From assembly GCA_964554155.1 (NCBI GenBank), contig CAZKNL010000002.1, positions 11,629-57,018 of the forward strand: a stretch of 45,390 nucleotides of DNA, in the 5' to 3' direction. The notes under the pieces are model-generated. The model had not been told where the DNA came from. It worked only from the letters and a program-made list of their open reading frames with translations, and did not search any database. This DNA comes from an uncultured Pseudomonadales bacterium (GTDB lineage Bacteria; Patescibacteriota; Microgenomatia; UBA1400; PJMF01). Positions 8,663 through 16,567 of the stretch are shown here, in pieces. Position 1 is the stretch's first letter. Each line of letters starts with the position of its first letter. Position numbers and translations under genes: made by a program.

Positions 8663-9900
8663 ATAAATACCACTGCTCGACTGACCACTCTAACTACCAC
8701 GGCTGCCAGTAATCCACCCGTGGGAATAAAGAGTGCGCCTCCACCAATTTGAATAACAAGCAGCAGCAGTGTACTGATTGAAAAGTAATCAGCGCTTTCC
8801 TGCAGATACATGACTGCTCCTAAAGGAATAGTTGCACAGAAAAAAAGAGCGGCCAACACAAGACCAATTAAAGCTGGCGTAGCAGATTGATAATTTTCAC
8901 CTAAAGTAAAAAAAACTAGCTGTCCGGCAAACGGTACAAATATCAGAAAACTGGCAATTGTCGCCACTAACAATACGGGTACTTTTCGTAAGTATGCTGA
9001 TAAATCTGGCCATGCATGATAACGACTGACGCGAGCGTTTAAGACACCAGCGACTGATTGGCCAATCAATGTAATTGCCAGAGCAAATTGAGAAACACCA
9101 CTGTATAAGCCAGTTTCAGTTGCGGTGGTATATCGTTGTAGCAAAAAGATATCAACGTACTCCATCATACCCAGGCCAACGGCCATGACTACGGCGTGAG
9201 TGGCAATTCGCCAGAATCGGCGCACGACTACAGCATCTAGAGTAAAAATGGCACTGATGCTAAACGACTTCTTTAGCTCAGAAAATCTAGCAGTCAGGAG
9301 ACCAAATATGACACTCACGATAGGTGTTAAGTAAAACCAGAGGAATAAAGTTGGTAAAGTGATTGTTGGTAAAGACAGAAAAATACCAGCGACTCCGAGT
9401 TTTAGAACAGCTTGCAGAACCATCATCGTTACTGCTCGATCAAATCGATGAATGGCTTGATGATAGGTAATAACCTGTTCGAATACGGCAGTCACTGAAG
9501 CACCGAGAATCGAGAAGTATAAAAGTTGTGGGTAATGTAACAGTAAAAAGTTGTTCAAAATGCCGGTAACTACAAATCCTGCTACTGCACCAAGTAAAAT
9601 ACTTAAGCTCAATAATCCAAGGCTGTGTTGAAAAAGACGTTGGACTTGAGATGTTTTTTGATGAACAGGGCCAATTAATTTCTGGAGAGCAATCGGCAGA
9701 CCAAATGTTTGTAGTTTTGACAAAATTGTTAAAAAGCCAACACTCAACCAGAACTCGCCGAACAGAACAGGTCCAACTTTCCGCGAAATAAGAAGCAAAG
9801 CTACTGCCGAAATACCGTAGGCAATAAAGTTGCCCAAGCTAAAAAAAGCCGATTGTCTGAGTCCTTGAGAACCAGTAATTGCTTTAAGGCGAGAAAACAT
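8593..9900 (-). CDS. Wzx-like oligosaccharide flippase (MOP/PST superfamily)
   Basis: 435 aa with about 12 TM helices. The N-terminal pattern LGNFIAYGISAVALLLISRKVGPVLFGEF is typical of polysaccharide-biosynthesis flippases. It is co-operonic with the ABC exporter. Confidence 0.62.
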   Translation of the reverse strand: MFSRLKAITGSQGLRQSAFFSLGNFIAYGISAVALLLISRKVGPVLFGEFWLSVGFLTILSKLQTFGLPIALQKLIGPVHQKTSQVQRLFQHSLGLLSLSILLGAVAGFVVTGILNNFLLLHYPQLLYFSILGASVTAVFEQVITYHQAIHRFDRAVTMMVLQAVLKLGVAGIFLSLPTITLPTLFLWFYLTPIVSVIFGLLTARFSELKKSFSISAIFTLDAVVVRRFWRIATHAVVMAVGLGMMEYVDIFLLQRYTTATETGLYSGVSQFALAITLIGQSVAGVLNARVSRYHAWPDLSAYLRKVPVLLVATIASFLIFVPFAGQLVFFTLGENYQSATPALIGLVLAALFFCATIPLGAVMYLQESADYFSISTLLLLVIQIGGGALFIPTGGLLAAVVVRVVSRAVVFIYALVSVLVFLRRKYSIVLSKPS

Positions 9901-9914
9901 ATCTAAAAAGTGTT

Positions 9915-10742
9915 CTATACCACGTCAGCGAATCGACCTTCTAGTCGCTTGAAAATCAAATAGCCAACACCGTACAAACTGACTGACATGACTATCCCGA
10001 TTCCAAGCGAACCCCAATTTGGCCAGTTCTGCCCAAGTAGCACTTGACGATAGGCGTTAATAAATACTGAAAGTGGGTTGATGCGGAAAATCCAGCGATA
10101 CCTCTCTGGGAAGGTTTCGACACTATAGACAATTGGTGTTAAGTAAAACCACAATTGCAGAACTAAGGTGATTAAGTACTGAGTGTCCCGGAAAAAAAGA
10201 TTAAATGAGGCGAGTAACAAACCAAGACCGATCATAAAAATCAGTTGAATGACAAAAATGGGTAAGAACAACAGAGCATGAACAGAAGGAATTACCCCAC
10301 TCACAATCATCATCCCTATTAAAATCAAACTCGAAAGACTCAGATCAAATACTTTTGCCAGTATAGTTGCAATTACTAATACTTCTCTTGGGAAATAAAT
10401 TTTTTTCAATAAACCAGCACCATCAACCAGTGAGCTCATAGATGAACTCATTGAGTTGGCAAAACAGACCCACGGCAGTAAGCCAACATAGATAAAAACA
10501 GTATAGGGAACACCAGTCGTTGGCATTTTGATAATGTGTGAGAAAACAAAAGCAATAATCAACATTTGAAAAAAGGGATTCAAAACCACCCAAAAGAGTC
10601 CGAGAAAAGACTGTTTATAACGGGCTCTGATCTCTCTTAGCGTCAGATGTTTAATTAACTCATGATATTGAAACAGTCGAAGTGTTTGCAGAAAAATATT
10701 CGACCGATGTTTGGTACTAATTGTCGCTGTTTTTTTGATCAT
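9915..10742 (-). CDS. wzm: ABC-2 type polysaccharide/teichoic-acid export permease (Wzm/TagG-like)
   Basis: 275 aa with 6 TM helices. N-terminal LIKHLTLREIRARYKQSFLGLFWVVLNP is the ABC-2 signature. It overlaps the ATPase gene by 26 nt. Confidence 0.82.
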   Translation of the reverse strand: MIKKTATISTKHRSNIFLQTLRLFQYHELIKHLTLREIRARYKQSFLGLFWVVLNPFFQMLIIAFVFSHIIKMPTTGVPYTVFIYVGLLPWVCFANSMSSSMSSLVDGAGLLKKIYFPREVLVIATILAKVFDLSLSSLILIGMMIVSGVIPSVHALLFLPIFVIQLIFMIGLGLLLASFNLFFRDTQYLITLVLQLWFYLTPIVYSVETFPERYRWIFRINPLSVFINAYRQVLLGQNWPNWGSLGIGIVMSVSLYGVGYLIFKRLEGRFADVV

Positions 10743-11454
10743 AAACTGCTAGCCCTTTTTCCACAGGTCCATCAAATAGGATTTCGCCTTTTTCTAAATA
10801 AATTAATCGCTGACAAAACTGGCTTGCTTGCGCAGAGTGATGAGTAACCAGAATAGTAGTTACCCCCTGTTGTTGGAACTCACGCATTTTTTTTAAACAT
10901 TTCCGTTGAAATCCCTCATCACCAACAGCTAAAATTTCATCAACTAATAAAATATCTGGTTCAACCGAGACAGCCACACTAAATGCTAAACGCATATACA
11001 TTCCAGAGGAATAATACTTGACTGGCATATCAATAAAATCTGCCAGTTCAGAAAACCCAACAATATCATCGAACTTTTGTTCAACCTGTTTTTCTTTCAA
11101 ACCCAATATTACCCCATTCAAGAAGATATTTTCTCTGCCAGTTAATTCTGGGTGGAAACCAGCTCCTAACTCAATCATTGGTGCGATTTTGCCGTAAATT
11201 TCCATATTCCCAGTGGTGGGTGCAGAAACACCAGCAATTAACTTCAACAACGTTGATTTGCCTGCTCCATTTTTACCCATGACCGCTACTGATTCACCTT
11301 GGTGGATGGTAAAAGTCAGGTTTTTTAAGGCTTGGACGACTTCTATCGTTTTATTTTTCTTGACTGCAGCATGAAAGAACTCTTTAATCGTTCTTTGGTG
11401 TTGCAACATAAAAGATTTGGAAACGTTTCCGAATTGAATCACAGTTTCGAACAT
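10717..11454 (-). CDS. wzt: ABC exporter ATP-binding protein (Wzt/TagH-like), NBD only, no C-terminal carbohydrate-binding domain
   Basis: Walker A GKNGAGKSTLLKLIAG, signature YSSGMYMRLAF and Walker B ILLVDEILAVGD. The start is ambiguous between ATG 11481 and ATG 11454. I prefer 11454 (MFETVIQFGNVSKSF) because a perfect TATAAT lies 6 nt upstream of it. Confidence 0.85.
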   Translation of the reverse strand: MFETVIQFGNVSKSFMLQHQRTIKEFFHAAVKKNKTIEVVQALKNLTFTIHQGESVAVMGKNGAGKSTLLKLIAGVSAPTTGNMEIYGKIAPMIELGAGFHPELTGRENIFLNGVILGLKEKQVEQKFDDIVGFSELADFIDMPVKYYSSGMYMRLAFSVAVSVEPDILLVDEILAVGDEGFQRKCLKKMREFQQQGVTTILVTHHSAQASQFCQRLIYLEKGEILFDGPVEKGLAVYDQKNSDN

Positions 11455-11460
11455 TTCTGG

Positions 11461-11466
11461 ATTATA
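11461..11466 (-). promoter_or_regulatory. Consensus -10 TATAAT, 6 nt upstream of ATG 11454 (wzt short form)
   Basis: The minus strand reads GGGTATAATCCAGAAATG. Confidence 0.4.
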
Positions 11467-11480
11467 CCCACAGAGAGTCA

Positions 11481-11489
11481 TGATATGCT
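11481..11489 (+). promoter_or_regulatory. Extended -10-like element TGATATGCT upstream of the methyltransferase operon
   Basis: TGATATGCT lies 32 nt before ATG 11522. A GGTGGT Shine-Dalgarno-like stretch at 11505-11510 sits in the predicted leader. Confidence 0.3.
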
Positions 11490-11521
11490 AGACTTCCCAT
11501 CTGTGGTGGTCATGTCAATAT

Positions 11522-12439
11522 ATGTCAACAGAACCAAAACGCATGTATTCAGATCCAGACGAAGAAAGATTATTATCTCTCTTTGCTGAGCATCCGGAAT
11601 CAAGGATTTCCAACCAGGTGATGTCTATTTTGCGAGACCACCCTACTTGGCCATTGCTCATCCATCTCTCACCCCAGCGGCAATTACTTCTGAATTGGTT
11701 TGAGTTTAAAAAAAATGCTTCGTTGTTAGAAATTGGAGCAGGATGCGGATCATTGACCGGAGTGTACTTAAAGAATTGTAAACATGTGACTGCAATTGAG
11801 CTTAGTCAAAAACGTGCTGAAGTGTTACGACGTCGATTTTGTGACTTTGAAAACTTACGTGTTATTACAAATGATATTGGTCAGTTTAAAACAACTAAGC
11901 GTTTTGATTATGTGACCATGGTTGGTGTTTTGGAGTACGCTGGAGCCTTTTTTGAAGGTGGAAATGAGAACTATACAGAAGAACCATTTTTAGGTTTATT
12001 AACTCGATGTAGAAATCTACTTAAGAGAAATGGGACACTGATTTTAGCAATTGAAAATCAATGGGGACTAAAGTACTTAAGTGGGTGTTCTGAAGATCAC
12101 TATAAGTCTTTGTTTGAGTCAATTAATAATTATCCTCATTATCATGGAGTCCGGACGTTTGGCAAAAATCACCTAGCTCAACTTTTGAAAAGGGCTGGGT
12201 TTAAAGGAAATATGCAGTGGTACTTCCCCTTTCCGGACTATAAGTTTCCTTTGCAAGTGTTATCAGAGGAATGGCTTTCTCAACAAAACTTTGGACTAAG
12301 TAGTATCTTTCCTAGTTCGGGAGGTGAACAAAAGCGTCAGCACTTTTTTAATGAGGTCTTGAGCGCTGATAGTTTACGACAAAACCAACTCCTGGCAGAA
12401 TTCGCTAACTCATTTTTAGTTATTGTTGAAGCAACATAA
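11522..12439 (+). CDS. Class I SAM-dependent methyltransferase
   Basis: Motif I LLEIGAGCGSLTG, an acidic post-I residue (TAIELS) and motif II/III FDYVTMVGVLEYA ... NGTLILAIEN. Confidence 0.8.
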   Translation: MSTEPKRMYSDPDEERLLSLFAEHPESRISNQVMSILRDHPTWPLLIHLSPQRQLLLNWFEFKKNASLLEIGAGCGSLTGVYLKNCKHVTAIELSQKRAEVLRRRFCDFENLRVITNDIGQFKTTKRFDYVTMVGVLEYAGAFFEGGNENYTEEPFLGLLTRCRNLLKRNGTLILAIENQWGLKYLSGCSEDHYKSLFESINNYPHYHGVRTFGKNHLAQLLKRAGFKGNMQWYFPFPDYKFPLQVLSEEWLSQQNFGLSSIFPSSGGEQKRQHFFNEVLSADSLRQNQLLAEFANSFLVIVEAT

Positions 12440-12442
12440 GTT

Positions 12443-15079
12443 ATGAATACTTTATATGTTCGTTCTCATCTTTCACGAAAATCAAACTTCCGTCTGTTGA
12501 CTCGATTTTTTACCGTTGGCAAGATAGTAAAAGTGAGTAAATCTCCGTTTAGCTCAGATGCCTACACACACATTCGAGCAATAGCAGAAAATGAAAAACA
12601 AGTAGCCAAAAATTTTAATTATTTCTTTAAAGTTCTTTTTTCAACAACAAAAAATGATTCACTCATTTATCCGTATCTTCCTGAGCTTACCTTAGAAGCT
12701 TTGATGGAAAAAGCTTTGATCCAAAAAGATTTTCAACTTTTGGGTCAACTTTTTAAAAGTGGTTTACAACTGATTCTTCAACTTCCTAGTCAGAACTTTA
12801 CGGCTCATCCCAACCCGACTTTGTATAAAGAATGGTTCAGTCAAGAACCAGATCTTTCCCAAACAATGCTAATGCCTGGTTTAATAGATATTACTGCAGG
12901 TAATCTAATTGCTACACAGCCACTTTTTACATTACTAGATTGCGAGTGGGTGTTGCCTTTCCCTGTTGAAAAAGAACTCGTTGCATTTCGTTATTTCTGG
13001 AACTTAGTGACTCATTTTTCTTCTTTACTAGAAATGTATCCCCAGCAACTTGATTTACTTGCTGTTGCTCAAACCAACTTAGTTATTCCCAAAGGATGGT
13101 TGACGTCAGTGCTAGGAACAGCAGATGTCGAAAAGCTGAATAAATACTTAGAAAAGGAAGCAGCTTTACAAAGCTATATTTTAGATTTTCAGAAAGATGT
13201 TGTTCCTACAGCTGTTGAACTATTACCATATGAACAAGCAACTACCAAAGAGGAAGCACTGCCAATTTCGAGTGTCACCTCAGCACGCATCAAAGAACTC
13301 AGCAATAAACTAAGTAAACAGGACGAAAAAATTGCTAGTCTTCAAGATCAATTGTTTATCATTCATCATTCAAGGTGGTGGCAGATTTTATATCTGTGCA
13401 AACACCCTCGATTTCTTTGGCACCGAGTTCAAAATGAAATTAAACTGCTAAGAATTAGAGTGGTTAGCAAGTTAAGGCGTCTGAATGTGTCATCTTCAGA
13501 GAGTGTTATTACTGCTCCTATCACAGATTTAAGTTCACTAGAACTAAAAGCAGCTCCTCGAATGCTTTTTAAAACAGTCGAACCTATTGATATTATCATT
13601 CCAGTTTTTAATGCTGCAAACGAAGTTCAAAAATGTATTGCTAGTGTCTTAAAACATGCAACTAAAAATATACATGTTTACATAGTTGATGATCTGAGCA
13701 CAGATCATCAACTTATTGAAGTATATGCCAACTTGGCAGATCACCCACAGGTAACAATTTATAGAAATAAACAACGGCAAGGTTTTGTTAAAAACATTAA
13801 TATGGGATTCAGATTATCAAATCATGATGTGATTATTTTGAACACTGATACAGAAGTTACTGAAAATTGGGTTTCTAAACTTCACGCTGCGGCATATTCT
13901 TTACCAAATGTGGCGACTGTAACGCCAATGACAAATAATGGCGAAATCGTTTCGATTCCAGATTTTGTGAAGTCAAACTCTCTATCAACGAAATATTCTT
14001 TAGAAGAACAAAACAAATTGGTTGAAAGATTTGCTGCTCACCAGCATATTATTGTCCCAACTGGTGTTGGATTCTGTATGTATATTCGACGAGAAGTCAT
14101 TGACGAGATTGGCAACTTTGATGAAGAAACTTTCGGAATGGGATACGGTGAAGAAAATGATTTTTGCCAACGAGCTATTCAGGCCGGGTATATCAATATT
14201 GTTGACGATTCAACATTTATTTACCATCGTGGCGCAACTTCATTTACCCCACAAAAAAAACAAGAATATATTCAACACAACTTGCGTCTTTTATTTGATC
14301 GCTTTCCGAGATATGAATCTCAAGTCTATGCATTTATCAAACGGAATCCACTTTTATATATCCAGGAAATGTTTCGGCTTGCACTTAATAAGCCGGAAAT
14401 TTTTTCTGAGCCAGCCGTGTTATTTGTGATTCATAAAAACCCATTCAGAGTAGTGGGCGGCGTAGAAGTGGATGTCAAAAAAATGCTTCAACAGATTGGT
14501 CCTCAGCCTTTGTTCTTTGTGATGCACAGAGATGACAATTTTAAAGAAAACTGTTTATACCTCAAGGTAATTAAGGATAATGAAGTCATTCATGAATTTA
14601 TGTATCGGTTTGATCAACCAATGAATATACTAGATATTGAGCATCCAGAAATTACGTGGTTCTGGCAATGGATAGTAAAGGCGTTCCCGAATATTCATAC
14701 AGTTCATTTGGAGCATACCTATGGATTACCACTAGCTGGTCTGAAGATATTCCGATCGACAGGCAAAAAAGTATTACTTAACTTTCATGATTTTTACTAT
14801 GCGTGTCCATATGAAAAGTTAATTAATCAAGATGTTCCAAACTATATAAAGTTAGAACAAAATATTGAGGCATGCTATGAATCGCTTAAAAATGTTTTCG
14901 GATCTTCCTCAGCAGCTCAGGGATATCAGCAGTACCGTCAAGCAATTGTCACTGATCTATTTAAAAATAGTGTAACTACTTTTATTTTCAACTCTAAATA
15001 CACGCTTGATGAACACAAAAAAATATGGCCAAATGTGTTTACTAAAGAAAACTCCGTTATCATTGAACCCTATGTTTAA
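12443..15079 (+). CDS. Multidomain protein: kinase-like N-domain, short coiled coil, GT2 domain, and N-terminal Rossmann half of a GT4/GT-B domain
   Basis: The N-domain carries D-x4-N ... D-x-E (GLIDITAGNLIATQPLFTLLDCEW, nt 12878-12949). A heptad-like segment ARIKELSNKLSKQDEKIASLQDQL follows (about nt 13276-13355). The GT2 domain shows IDIIIPVFNAANEV ... VYIVDDLSTD ... ILNTDTEV (about nt 13580-14250). The GT-B N-half shows AVLFVIHKNPFRVVGGVEVDV ... LNFHDFYYACP ... FIFNSKYT. Confidence 0.7.
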   Translation: MNTLYVRSHLSRKSNFRLLTRFFTVGKIVKVSKSPFSSDAYTHIRAIAENEKQVAKNFNYFFKVLFSTTKNDSLIYPYLPELTLEALMEKALIQKDFQLLGQLFKSGLQLILQLPSQNFTAHPNPTLYKEWFSQEPDLSQTMLMPGLIDITAGNLIATQPLFTLLDCEWVLPFPVEKELVAFRYFWNLVTHFSSLLEMYPQQLDLLAVAQTNLVIPKGWLTSVLGTADVEKLNKYLEKEAALQSYILDFQKDVVPTAVELLPYEQATTKEEALPISSVTSARIKELSNKLSKQDEKIASLQDQLFIIHHSRWWQILYLCKHPRFLWHRVQNEIKLLRIRVVSKLRRLNVSSSESVITAPITDLSSLELKAAPRMLFKTVEPIDIIIPVFNAANEVQKCIASVLKHATKNIHVYIVDDLSTDHQLIEVYANLADHPQVTIYRNKQRQGFVKNINMGFRLSNHDVIILNTDTEVTENWVSKLHAAAYSLPNVATVTPMTNNGEIVSIPDFVKSNSLSTKYSLEEQNKLVERFAAHQHIIVPTGVGFCMYIRREVIDEIGNFDEETFGMGYGEENDFCQRAIQAGYINIVDDSTFIYHRGATSFTPQKKQEYIQHNLRLLFDRFPRYESQVYAFIKRNPLLYIQEMFRLALNKPEIFSEPAVLFVIHKNPFRVVGGVEVDVKKMLQQIGPQPLFFVMHRDDNFKENCLYLKVIKDNEVIHEFMYRFDQPMNILDIEHPEITWFWQWIVKAFPNIHTVHLEHTYGLPLAGLKIFRSTGKKVLLNFHDFYYACPYEKLINQDVPNYIKLEQNIEACYESLKNVFGSSSAAQGYQQYRQAIVTDLFKNSVTTFIFNSKYTLDEHKKIWPNVFTKENSVIIEPYV

Positions 15080-15632
15080 ACCATCTCAACTTCATAAACT
15101 GACGGTAGCCTTCATGGGTAATTTTTGCTTTGAGAAAGGTAGTCATGTTTTTGCCCAGCTGGTTGAACTATGTAGTAAACAAAGTCTACCAATTAACTGG
15201 TGGATTCTTGGTGGAATCGGAGACGAAAAATCATTTCAAAAAGCACAAATGTTGGCACAAGTTAAAACAACCGGTTTTTATGCTACAGATGAACTCCCAG
15301 AACTTCTAAACTCTCGGCATGTTGATCTTGGATTAATTTTGTCAATTTTTCCTGAGAGTTATTCAAAACTCAGTCGTGAATGTTGGCAACAAGAACTACC
15401 ATTAATTTTTAATAGAATTGGAGTTCTAGATCATTTGGCTTTTTCTGACTTCGGTATAAAAAACTTACCAGAACATCTTCCTTTGGTGATACAGAAACTA
15501 GAAAAAATTTGTGAAGATCCTAACCTGTTAACAAAAGAAAAAAAGAAAATTCAAACAGCGTTACGAACCCAAAATATTATTTCTGCAAACCAAAAGCACC
15601 TCAGCTACTTAAAGCTATATACTCAAAAATAA
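15072..15632 (+). CDS. C-terminal Rossmann half of a GT4/GT-B glycosyltransferase (separate polypeptide or frameshifted continuation of 12443..15079)
   Basis: VAFMGNFCFEKGSHVF ... WWILGGIG ... GLILSIFPESYSKLSRECWQQELPLIFNRIGVL is the donor-binding half of a GT4. An in-frame ATG at 15072 overlaps the upstream TAA within ATGTTTAA. The ORF is open from 15006. Confidence 0.55.
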   Translation: MFKPSQLHKLTVAFMGNFCFEKGSHVFAQLVELCSKQSLPINWWILGGIGDEKSFQKAQMLAQVKTTGFYATDELPELLNSRHVDLGLILSIFPESYSKLSRECWQQELPLIFNRIGVLDHLAFSDFGIKNLPEHLPLVIQKLEKICEDPNLLTKEKKKIQTALRTQNIISANQKHLSYLKLYTQK

Positions 15633-15634
15633 TT

Positions 15635-16567
15635 TTACTTTGAAAAAACCTCTTCCACGACAAATGGTGGTCTTTTTCTCGATTCGTCAAAGTTCCTCCA
15701 CAGGTATTCACCTATTATCCCTAAAGAAATGAGTTGGAAACCTGAAGTAAAAAGAACAATTACAGCTAATGATGCCCACCCTTCAACCCGGATACCATTA
15801 ACAAATCGTAAATAGGTAATAAAAATTCCATATAAGAAACTCAATCCAGCAATGACTACTCCCAACACAGAGATTGCTCGAATTGGAAAAAAGGAAAAAG
15901 CAGTAAATGTATCAATGAACAACTTCATTTTTTTAGAAAAACTCCACTGAGATGCCCCGATTTCTCGCTCTGCTCTTGTATAGTAAATTTCACCTCGTTC
16001 AAATCCCAACCAAGCAATTAAAGCCATGATAGAGGTATTCTTTTCACTAATTTGTTGAAGAACATTGACCACTTTTTGATCCAATAGAACAAAATCAAAT
16101 CCGCCTTCAGGCATTTGCGGCAGAGCCATATTTTTGAGAATTTTGTAAAAAGTTTTGGCGAAGAGTTTTGTTAAAAATGAATCTTGACGATCTTTGCGAA
16201 TCGCCATCACCGTTTTTTTGCCTGCTCTCCATACTTCAACCATTTTTTGAAAAAGCTCAGGCGGATCTTGCAGATCAGCAGAAATGATTCCGACGCAGTC
16301 CCCAGTAGCATAGTTCAAGCCAGCTAAAATGGCATTGAAGGAGCCAAAGTTACGTGTTAGTTTAATCACTTTGACGCGTTTATCCTTTTTTTGAATTTTT
16401 TGCAACTCTTTGAGCGAGTTATCACCAGAACCATCATCCACAAAAATCAGTTCAAGCTGAATGTCAGGAATTCTCTTTTCTAAGTCAGCCAATCGAGGAT
16501 ATGTGACTGGAATATTCTTCTCATTGAAGTAAATCGGAACGACAATAGATAACTTGGTTGTTTTCAT
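15635..16567 (-). CDS. Polyprenyl-phosphate glycosyltransferase, GT2 (ArnC/GtrB/DPM1-like)
   Basis: LSIVVPIYFNE ... FVDDGSGDNS ... ISADLQDPPE (the ArnC-type DxD/QDPPE block). Two C-terminal TM helices end in LISLGIIGEYLWRNFDESRKRPPFVV. There is an ATGA overlap with the upstream aminotransferase. Confidence 0.88.
   Translation of the reverse strand: MKTTKLSIVVPIYFNEKNIPVTYPRLADLEKRIPDIQLELIFVDDGSGDNSLKELQKIQKKDKRVKVIKLTRNFGSFNAILAGLNYATGDCVGIISADLQDPPELFQKMVEVWRAGKKTVMAIRKDRQDSFLTKLFAKTFYKILKNMALPQMPEGGFDFVLLDQKVVNVLQQISEKNTSIMALIAWLGFERGEIYYTRAEREIGASQWSFSKKMKLFIDTFTAFSFFPIRAISVLGVVIAGLSFLYGIFITYLRFVNGIRVEGWASLAVIVLFTSGFQLISLGIIGEYLWRNFDESRKRPPFVVEEVFSK

Noticed and set aside
11514-11519. 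A perfect TTGACA on the minus strand, considered as a -35 box for the wzt promoter.
   Set aside because: It lies 47 nt from the TATAAT and 22 nt from the nearest alternative TAnnnT. Neither spacing is compatible with a -35/-10 pair.
14022-14429. A 135-aa same-strand alternative-frame ORF inside the 878-aa multidomain gene.
   Set aside because: It lies wholly within the well-supported GT2 and linker coding frame. Its translation is low-complexity with no recognisable motif, and nothing supports a start site for it.
15075-15081. TTTAAAC heptamer at the split-GT-B junction, considered as a classical -1 slippery site.
   Set aside because: The downstream frame is +1, not -1, relative to the upstream ORF. 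The heptamer is also not phased X_XXY_YYZ in the upstream frame, where the codons read GTT TAA.
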